64,000 nucleotides of DNA from a bacterium. Lineage in GTDB: Bacteria > Patescibacteriota > Dojkabacteria > JAKAPS01 > JAJZLI01. The notes beneath the pieces were generated by a model. That model worked only from the letters and a program-made list of their open reading frames with translations. It was not told the origin of the DNA and ran no database searches. The translations under genes and the position numbers were made by a program. Shown here piece by piece: positions 57,053 to 64,000 of the stretch. Position 1 is the stretch's first letter. Every line of letters begins with the position of its first letter. Where the stretch lies: the NCBI GenBank assembly GCA_021846685.1, contig JAJZWL010000001.1, positions 387 to 64,386 of the forward strand, written 5' to 3'.

Positions 57053-58277
57053 GAGAGTAGTAATTTTAGGAGGAGGTTTTGGAGGAGTAAATTTATATAA
57101 AAATCTTCATGCACTAATGCATAATGAAGGCGATAATCTTGAGTTTATAATCATTTCAGATAATAATTATTTTTTATTTACTCCTTTGTTGCATGAAGTT
57201 GCAACAGGAAGTTTATCTCCAGGGGATATAACTTCGGCATTGCGTGAAAATTTTTCATGTTGTATAAGAGAGATAATTTTAGAAAAAGTAATTTCCATTG
57301 ATGCATATAAGAAAAAAATAGTTCTTAAAAACGAAAGTATATCTTTTGATTATTTAGTAATAGCAACTGGTGCTTCAGTTAATTTTTGGGGAATTGAGGG
57401 TGCCGAAAGATATGCTATTCCTCTGAAAGATATAAAAGATGCAATAAAATTAAAAAATCAGATAATTTCAACTTTTGAATTAGCAAATGAATTAAAAAAG
57501 AAGACTATTAAGATAGTTCTGGTAGGGGGAGGCGCTACTGGAATAGAGTTAGCTGTTGAAATTTTCGAATTTGGGCAAGAGATGAAGCCTTTTTATGAAA
57601 ATTTAAAGGTAGAAGATACAAGGATAATAGTCGAAGTATTAAATTCTTCAGAAGAAATAGTTCCTGGTTTTTCTCAAAAAGTCAGGAATAAAATAATGAC
57701 AACACTCTCAAAGGAAGGAAGTGATATATTTATTAAAACAGATTCAAATGTAAAAAAAGTAAATGAGAAAGAGGTTATTTTGTCAGATGGAAAGAAAGTT
57801 AACTATGATGTATTAGTTTGGTCAGCAGGGGTTAAACCCAATACGCCAGAAATAAATATAGATTCTGTAAAAAACACAGAAAAAATAAAAGTAAATAAAT
57901 TTTTTAATATAGAGCCTTTTAAGAATATATTCTCTATTGGAGATGTTTCTGAATTTACTGATTATAATGGAAAATCATTGCCTCAGTTAGCTCAGGTTGC
58001 AACAGAGGAATCTAAAATATGTGCAGAAAATATTTATAGACTATATAAAAATAAAGACTTTATCCCTTTTGAGTATAAAGAAAAGGGTTTATTGTTATCA
58101 TTAGGTAGGAATAATGCAATAGTATCTATAAATACGATTGTGCTTACAGGAAAAACAGCTTGGATACTTTGGAAATTTATATACCTAGCTTTAATGTATG
58201 GGAGAGGATCTAGAATAAGGCTTGTTTTAAAATGGATTTTAAATAGTATTTCAAAAAGAGATATCTCCAGAATTTAA
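57021..58277 (+). CDS. ndh: Type II NADH dehydrogenase (NDH-2).
   Basis: Two dinucleotide-binding motifs (VVILGGGFGG and VLVGGGATGIELA). 418 aa. Confidence 0.7.
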   Translation: MQKKGNLRKNKRVVILGGGFGGVNLYKNLHALMHNEGDNLEFIIISDNNYFLFTPLLHEVATGSLSPGDITSALRENFSCCIREIILEKVISIDAYKKKIVLKNESISFDYLVIATGASVNFWGIEGAERYAIPLKDIKDAIKLKNQIISTFELANELKKKTIKIVLVGGGATGIELAVEIFEFGQEMKPFYENLKVEDTRIIVEVLNSSEEIVPGFSQKVRNKIMTTLSKEGSDIFIKTDSNVKKVNEKEVILSDGKKVNYDVLVWSAGVKPNTPEINIDSVKNTEKIKVNKFFNIEPFKNIFSIGDVSEFTDYNGKSLPQLAQVATEESKICAENIYRLYKNKDFIPFEYKEKGLLLSLGRNNAIVSINTIVLTGKTAWILWKFIYLALMYGRGSRIRLVLKWILNSISKRDISRI

Positions 58278-58367
58278 CACTCATATATAATAAATTGTAG
58301 TTGATATTATATAGTGATACACCAAATATAGTTTGCAAAATTTTCTGTTTTAGTATTTAATATTAAT

Positions 58368-59792
58368 ATGGATGATAATCTTATTCGAAAAACATTAGAT
58401 TTTTATAATCCTTTTTGGAGAAATCGTTCATATCTAAATGATATACCTTTGCTTAGGAGAGATGTATATGATGAAGTATTTCAGTCGGTAAAAGATATTA
58501 AGCAGATTATATCTATAACTGGACCAAGAAGAGTAGGGAAAACTACAATGTTGCGTCAAATTATAGCTGATCTTATTGAAGAATCTAATATAGATCCTCT
58601 TCAAATTTTATATATATCTATGGATGATCCATATATTTATTCAAATTCTTCAGATTCTATTTTTTTTGATAGATTAATAGAAGTATATGAAAAATATATT
58701 TTAAGAGAAAAAATTGGAGAAAAAAAGATCTATTTTCTTATAGATGAAATACATAAATTTAAAGATTGGCAATTATTTTTAAAAAAATACTATGACAGAG
58801 GTATTAATATAAAATTTGTTATTTCAGGATCAGTAGAGCAATCTATATTAGGAAAAAGTAAAGAATCTTTAGCAGGGAGAATTAAAAATTTCAAGATATA
58901 TACATTTTCTTTTTATGAATATATTTTTTATAAACTTTCATTTGATGATAAAGTAGATATTGCAAAGAAAGAAATATTGTTAAAATTGATTTTTAAGATA
59001 CATGAATTTAAATTGCATATTTTTTCAAATCCATTAGTTTTTTTCAATGAACTCTCAGAAGTACTCCCAGATTTTATTTTCTACGAAGATGAGGTTTTTA
59101 CATATTTTTATGAATATTTAATAATTGGAGGGTTTATAGAGAGCTGGAGTATGGAAGGTTCAGATATGCAATATGAATATCTATATCAGACTCAAATAGA
59201 AAAAGTTCTTTTGCAGGATATATACATACTTGAAGATATCAAGAATACAAAAACATTAGCAACTTTATTTTTTAAATTTTCCGAAAATTTTTCTTCAGAA
59301 TATAGTTTAAATTCTTTAGTAAAGGACATGGGTGTTCATAGAGATACAATAGAAAGATACATTTCTCTTCTCAAAGATTCAAACTTAATATTTACCCTTT
59401 CTAAATATGGAGAAAATGCTAATAAAATATCTAATATTAAGATTTTCTTAGTAGATATAGGTATTAGGAATAGTATTTTAAAAATTAAAGAAGAAGAAAT
59501 TATTGGCAATAAAGTTTTATTTTTTAAATACATTGAGAATCTGTCGATGTTATCCTTAATTAGGTATTCTTCAGCTCTTTCTATTAATTATTATAGAGAA
59601 AGAGATAAAGAGATAAATTTTATACTTAATTATTCATCTAAAAAAATAGCTATAAATATCTCTGAAAGAAAAAAGAATGTATTTGAAAAATTTAAATTTG
59701 ACTATATATTTAATCTTTTAGATACAACTGAAATTTATAAGGATGAAAATGTTATATCTATTCCATATATTCTATTTTTACTTGTATTATAA
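58368..59792 (+). CDS. AAA-family ATPase with a DUF4143-type C-terminal domain; paralogue of the 26891-28024 gene.
   Basis: Walker A GPRRVGKTT and Walker B LIDEIH. It has the same two-domain architecture as the 26891-28024 gene. Confidence 0.65.
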   Translation: MDDNLIRKTLDFYNPFWRNRSYLNDIPLLRRDVYDEVFQSVKDIKQIISITGPRRVGKTTMLRQIIADLIEESNIDPLQILYISMDDPYIYSNSSDSIFFDRLIEVYEKYILREKIGEKKIYFLIDEIHKFKDWQLFLKKYYDRGINIKFVISGSVEQSILGKSKESLAGRIKNFKIYTFSFYEYIFYKLSFDDKVDIAKKEILLKLIFKIHEFKLHIFSNPLVFFNELSEVLPDFIFYEDEVFTYFYEYLIIGGFIESWSMEGSDMQYEYLYQTQIEKVLLQDIYILEDIKNTKTLATLFFKFSENFSSEYSLNSLVKDMGVHRDTIERYISLLKDSNLIFTLSKYGENANKISNIKIFLVDIGIRNSILKIKEEEIIGNKVLFFKYIENLSMLSLIRYSSALSINYYRERDKEINFILNYSSKKIAINISERKKNVFEKFKFDYIFNLLDTTEIYKDENVISIPYILFLLVL

Positions 59793-59795
59793 TAT

Positions 59796-61463
59796 TTATT
59801 CTTTAACAACTCTCAATACTTCTTCTATAGATGTTATCCCCTCTGTAGCTTTAGCAAGTCCATCTTCTATCATAAGACTCATTCCGTTTTCTTGTGCTAT
59901 TTTTTGAATAATTTCTCCACTTTCTTTTTTTGTAATTAATTCTTTAATTTTGTCGTCTATTTCTAATATTTCATATATTCCGATTCTACCTTTATATCCA
60001 TTATTACAATATTCACATCCTACAGCTTTATAATATTTATTATTTTCTATTTTTTTATTAACTCCTTTTTTATTATATTGTTCATCTAAAATTTTCAAAG
60101 CTTTTGGATCCATTTTATATTCTTTCTTACATGTATTACATAATTTCCTAACTAATCTTTGTGCAATAACTACATTTAAAGTTGATGCAACTAAAAAGGA
60201 TTCTACTTGCATATCAATTAATCTCGGAATAGCTCCAGATGAATCATTTGTGTGAAGAGTAGACAAAACTAAATGCCCTGTCATTGCTGCATTTATAGCT
60301 ATATCTGCAGTTTCATTATCTCTAATTTCTCCTACCATTATGATATCCGGATCTTGTCTTAAAAAAGATCTTAGTCCTGTTGCAAAAGTTAATCCAATTC
60401 CAGTAGATACTTGAGTTTGATTTACTCTTGGCATAGTATACTCGATTGGATCTTCTACAGTATTTATATTTACTTCTGGAGTATTAATTTGAGATAGGAT
60501 AGTGTATAAGGTTGTACTTTTCCCTGATCCCGTTGGTCCTGTAACAAGTATCATTCCGACAGTTCTTTTTATAGAATCTTTAATTACCTCTAAATCTCTA
60601 TTTCTAAATCCTAAAGCTTCCAGATTATATGCTTTGGCATTATCTTCTAAAAGTCTGGCTACAATTACTTCTCCAAAATAAACAGGCATAGTAGAGACTC
60701 TAAAAGATATGTCTTGGTCATTTAGAGTTGTTTTAAATCTTCCATCCTGAGGTAGTCTATGCTCGTCAATTTTAAGATTAGATAAAATTTTTATTCTTGC
60801 CACTACTGCTTTATGTATATCAAGTGAATACATAGCTTGATCATGTAATATTCCATCAATTCTGTATCTTATTATAGCCCTTTCTTCCAGTGGTTCTATA
60901 TGTATATCAGAGGCCCCCATTGTTTTTGCATATTCCAAGATGGTATCTGTGATATTTATAATAGGAAGTGCATCTGCATCATTACCTTTAAGGCCCTTTG
61001 TAGCTTTTTCATTTTTTTCTATAATATTTTTTAGTTCTTCTTTTATAGAAGTTTTATACATTTTTAATCCTTCAAAAAAGGATAATTCAGTTATGAAATA
61101 TGGATCAACCATATATCCTGTTCCTTTTTTAACAAATTCTATAGTATTTATATCTCTAGGGTTTGTCATTCCAATTTTTAAGGTGGATTCAGTTCTGTCA
61201 AATGCTATAATTTTTTTTTCAATAGCAATTTTTTCCGGGAGTATTTTTACTATGTCTGCATCTATAGTTTTATGTATTAGAGAGATATGGGGGATCGAAT
61301 ATTCTTTTGTAACTAATTCTCCTAGTTGATCTTCTGTAATAATACTTCTTCCTATTACCAACTCTTCTATTGAACTAGAAATTTGTTTAGCTTTATCTTC
61401 TAATTTTTCATACTCCTCACTAGTTATATAGTTATTTTTTATTAATAAATCTTTTATATCCAT
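59796..61463 (-). CDS. pilB: Type IV pilus assembly ATPase PilB (GspE family).
   Basis: Walker A GPTGSGKST, Asp and His boxes, and a C-terminal tetracysteine (CNTCKK ... CEYCNNGYKGR). 555 aa with an N-terminal GSPII_E_N-like domain. Confidence 0.9.
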   Translation of the reverse strand: MDIKDLLIKNNYITSEEYEKLEDKAKQISSSIEELVIGRSIITEDQLGELVTKEYSIPHISLIHKTIDADIVKILPEKIAIEKKIIAFDRTESTLKIGMTNPRDINTIEFVKKGTGYMVDPYFITELSFFEGLKMYKTSIKEELKNIIEKNEKATKGLKGNDADALPIINITDTILEYAKTMGASDIHIEPLEERAIIRYRIDGILHDQAMYSLDIHKAVVARIKILSNLKIDEHRLPQDGRFKTTLNDQDISFRVSTMPVYFGEVIVARLLEDNAKAYNLEALGFRNRDLEVIKDSIKRTVGMILVTGPTGSGKSTTLYTILSQINTPEVNINTVEDPIEYTMPRVNQTQVSTGIGLTFATGLRSFLRQDPDIIMVGEIRDNETADIAINAAMTGHLVLSTLHTNDSSGAIPRLIDMQVESFLVASTLNVVIAQRLVRKLCNTCKKEYKMDPKALKILDEQYNKKGVNKKIENNKYYKAVGCEYCNNGYKGRIGIYEILEIDDKIKELITKKESGEIIQKIAQENGMSLMIEDGLAKATEGITSIEEVLRVVKE

Positions 61464-62947
61464 TATTCGTTAGGAGGTACAGAATAATTTCCATTTGTAA
61501 TCTGTATTAACATTGAGTATATTTTACTTTGCGCTTCTTTCAATGTTATTTTTCCATTTATAACATTTTCAAATATATTTGCAGTTTTTCTATAATCTCC
61601 CATAGCCCAAGTTTTTGAGCTCGGAGCCATTTGTACAAATGGAGACATATATTTATATTTACTAGCAAGACTAGCCATGTCTACTCTAGGAAATACTTCT
61701 CCCAGAACTTCGCCATTTTGAATTTCACTATTATATAATTGTAGTAATACATTCCTGGAATCTAAGTAACGTATAAATTTCCATGCAGCAGTAGGATTTT
61801 TAGAATATTTTGTTACTGCTCGTCCAAAATATAACGATAAATTCACAGTATTTCCAGGTATTTGAGGAGGCATCACAATCCCTAAATTTAGATTAGGATT
61901 TAACTTTAAAATATTTTGTACTTCCCAAGAAGGTTCAAATACCATAGCAACAGAACCTCCTGCAAATGCAGATATTGAATTTGGAAATGTTGCTCCCCAT
62001 TGATCTTCTTGTGCGATTTTATTATATATATTCAAAGCTTCTTGACCATTTTGACCATTTGCAAAAGTTACTGCATTTCCTGAAATCATTTTTGTCTTAT
62101 TTAAGAACATAAGATAAGTAAGTATATTATATGAGTTATTTATATTAGATGTATTAGTTCCAATATCAATTGCTGCTTGGGTAACATTTCCTGCACTATT
62201 TTTTACTACTAATTTTGGAATTTGAGATATAAATGTATTTATATTTGAAGAAGGAGCAGTTAATCCTGCTTTTTGAAATTCTGTTTTATTATAAAATAAA
62301 GCAAGTCCGTCATAGTTTGAAGGAAGAGCATAAACATTATTTCCAGATGTAAAATCTGAAACAGCTGTACTGTAAAATAGGTTTTGAAATTGTAATTTTG
62401 TTATTACAGATGCTGGTGCAGGGGAAAGGAATTTTTGATATATAGGTATATATGTGTTTCCTACAGAAACTATATCAGGCTCATTTACTCCAGAAGAAAG
62501 TTTATTAAAAAGAGAACTTTCATAATATGTAGAGGGAACTTGTTGATATACTATTTTTACGTTAGGGTTTAATTTTTCATATTCTTTTATAACTGGAGTA
62601 TAAACACTACCCGGTTGCCTGATTCCCCACATAGTTAGAGTTATTAATTTTGATTTATTTGGTTTATAAAACTCAGTAAAATAAATTATGGTTATGCCTA
62701 TTATAAGTATTAATATTACTGATCCTATAGTCCAGTATATTAATCTTTGTTTCTTTTTTCTGATTTCATTTATTTCTACAAAAGCATTATTGGAGATTGC
62801 ATTCTGAGAATTGCTGGCATTATTATTATTATTTGAATTAGAGTTCTTATTATTTATATCAGTATCATATCTGTCAGGAGAAGCATTTTCTGTACCTAAG
62901 TTAGTATTAGGATCTTGGCTATTTATATTTTGATTATTATCTTGCAT
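61463..62947 (-). CDS. Membrane-anchored extracellular solute-binding protein (family 1, sugar-binding type); orphan.
   Basis: Asn-rich N-terminus, then a TM helix. A family-1 SBP fold is implied by spacing and conserved aromatic/Gly positions (TMWG..., YALP, DGLALFYNK, WG). There are no adjacent permease or ATPase genes. Confidence 0.45.
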   Translation of the reverse strand: MQDNNQNINSQDPNTNLGTENASPDRYDTDINNKNSNSNNNNNASNSQNAISNNAFVEINEIRKKKQRLIYWTIGSVILILIIGITIIYFTEFYKPNKSKLITLTMWGIRQPGSVYTPVIKEYEKLNPNVKIVYQQVPSTYYESSLFNKLSSGVNEPDIVSVGNTYIPIYQKFLSPAPASVITKLQFQNLFYSTAVSDFTSGNNVYALPSNYDGLALFYNKTEFQKAGLTAPSSNINTFISQIPKLVVKNSAGNVTQAAIDIGTNTSNINNSYNILTYLMFLNKTKMISGNAVTFANGQNGQEALNIYNKIAQEDQWGATFPNSISAFAGGSVAMVFEPSWEVQNILKLNPNLNLGIVMPPQIPGNTVNLSLYFGRAVTKYSKNPTAAWKFIRYLDSRNVLLQLYNSEIQNGEVLGEVFPRVDMASLASKYKYMSPFVQMAPSSKTWAMGDYRKTANIFENVINGKITLKEAQSKIYSMLIQITNGNYSVPPNE

Positions 62948-63807
62948 TATCTATTATTAACATAATCTTTGATCTCAGTCCATAGTACTGGATCATCTTT
63001 GGCATATTCAAGTGTTGTTTTTAAAAAATTCAAAGGATCTCCTGTGGTTAACCATTTTCCTTGAATTTTTGTAGCTAGGACTTTGTCTGTATGTGTTAAT
63101 TTTGAGATAGCATCAATAAGCCATAGTTCATTATTTTTACCTAGTTCTTTCTTGCTTAATTCCGATATAACATCTTGATTCAATATATATCTTCCAAAAG
63201 AAGCTAAATTTGATTTTGCATTTTCTATCTTAGGTTTTTCAATTACATTATTAACAGTAATCCCATCTTTTTTTAATTCTACATTACTATATTTATTAAC
63301 TTCAGTATGTTCAATTTCTTGTGTTGCAAGAATAACTTTTCCTGGGTGTGTATATGAAAAATCTATTAATTGTTTTGTTGCAGGAATAGTTGCTTTTACA
63401 ATATCATCTCCAAACATATATACAAAATTCTCTTCATCTTTTATTAAATTTTGAGCAACTAAAAGTGGAGTTCCATTTCCATAAGGAAGATGTTTTTTTT
63501 GTCTGACATATATATAGTTAGCTCTTTTGGGCAGCTCTTTCAGCTCTTTTAATATATCTGTTTTTCCATTTTCTCCTAAATATACTTCTAAGTCGATATT
63601 ATTATCAAAGTGACTTTCTATTGCATACTGTCCCCTCGTGACCATTATTATATCTTTTATTCCTGAATCTATCAGTTCTTCTACTAAATATTGAATAATA
63701 GGCTTATTTATTATGGGAAGCATTTCTTTAGGTTGTACCTTTGTTGCTGGCAAAAACCTAGTTCCATATCCAGCTAGGGCAATTACTGCTTTTGTAATTT
63801 TCTTCAT
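62947..63807 (-). CDS. galU: UTP--glucose-1-phosphate uridylyltransferase.
   Basis: AVIALAGYGTRFLPATK and KEMLPIINKP signature blocks. Confidence 0.85.
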   Translation of the reverse strand: MKKITKAVIALAGYGTRFLPATKVQPKEMLPIINKPIIQYLVEELIDSGIKDIIMVTRGQYAIESHFDNNIDLEVYLGENGKTDILKELKELPKRANYIYVRQKKHLPYGNGTPLLVAQNLIKDEENFVYMFGDDIVKATIPATKQLIDFSYTHPGKVILATQEIEHTEVNKYSNVELKKDGITVNNVIEKPKIENAKSNLASFGRYILNQDVISELSKKELGKNNELWLIDAISKLTHTDKVLATKIQGKWLTTGDPLNFLKTTLEYAKDDPVLWTEIKDYVNNR

Positions 63808-63890
63808 ATGAATATTCTATATTATTTAGTATATAAAATGCAAAATTTAACTTTAAATATTATTGTCTTTGTGATATCTTATATTAGTAT

Positions 63891-64000
63891 GGATAGTACT
63901 GAAAAAACACACGCAATACCTCAAAATATAATGAGTGTAGAGTTCAAATTGATAGGAGATTTATCGTTAAAACAATTTGTTTTTATAGCGATCCCACTTG
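63891..64000 (+). CDS. 3-prime-truncated ORF: N-terminus of a small hydrophobic protein.
   Basis: ATG at 63891. The frame is open to the window end (MDSTEKTHAIPQNIMSVEFKLIGDLSLKQFVFIAIPL). Confidence 0.3.

Noticed and set aside
1-64000. Alternative genetic code (UGA recoding, as in Gracilibacteria/SR1).
   Set aside because: TGA ends several well-defined genes at sensible boundaries (dnaK and the zeta-like gene). Very long ORFs are intact under the standard code.
1-64000. CRISPR arrays, tRNA, rRNA and tmRNA genes.
   Set aside because: No regularly spaced short direct repeats were seen, and no convincing T-arm or acceptor signatures in intergenic regions. The GTTC-like matches at 38318-38332 and 901-921 do not form cloverleaf elements by eye. 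This should still be confirmed with tRNAscan-SE or Infernal.

Overview
This is a very AT-rich, gene-dense bacterial chromosome segment. It uses the standard genetic code: TGA terminates genes (for example dnaK and the first ORF), and long ORFs are intact, so there is no UGA recoding. The gene content and style look like a small-genome Patescibacteria/CPR-like organism: tiny intergenic gaps, few Shine-Dalgarno sequences, and many type IV pilus genes and membrane/secreted hypotheticals. That lineage call is inference.

The main features are:
- **Replication origin.** dnaA-dnaN at 24.0-26.8 kb, with a perfect DnaA box (TTATCCACA, 23951-23959), an AT-rich dnaA-dnaN spacer, and a coding-strand switch centred on dnaA.
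- **Intact IS1634-family insertion sequence (28.6-30.2 kb).** It carries terminal inverted repeats and is flanked by 126-bp perfect direct repeats. A decayed inverted second copy lies alongside it.
- **Type IV pilus locus (49.8-56.3 kb).** Order is pilC, a pilin, two pseudopilins, a PilX-like protein, a PilM-PilN fusion and a PilO-like protein. pilB lies separately at 59.8-61.5 kb, and two tandem pilin paralogues sit next to the origin.
- **Core housekeeping genes.** hrcA-grpE-dnaK; rpmH-rnpA-yidC; valS, rplY, trmD, trxA, ksgA, galU, ndh; and a pentose-phosphate cluster (gnd, tal, rpiB, rpe, zwf, pgi).
- **Polysaccharide export and synthesis.** A Wzm/Wzt-type ABC exporter with GT2 and GT4 (MraY-like) glycosyltransferases.
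- **HEPN/MNT toxin-antitoxin pair.**
- **Other accessory genes.** A partial zeta-toxin-like kinase, a GGDEF protein and two DUF4143-type AAA ATPases.

The most unusual region is an eight-gene, same-strand block (9.7-21.6 kb) of membrane-anchored and secreted proteins:
- a giant 1559-aa polytopic glycine-rich membrane protein;
- a VirB6/TrbL-like polytopic protein;
- an NlpC/P60 peptidoglycan peptidase with a long Ser/Thr/Asn-rich surface region;
- a protein with a lytic-transglycosylase-like motif.

This block sits immediately downstream of trxA-trmD and the pilin pair and encodes no ATPase. I read it as a candidate novel envelope-spanning surface or secretion apparatus.
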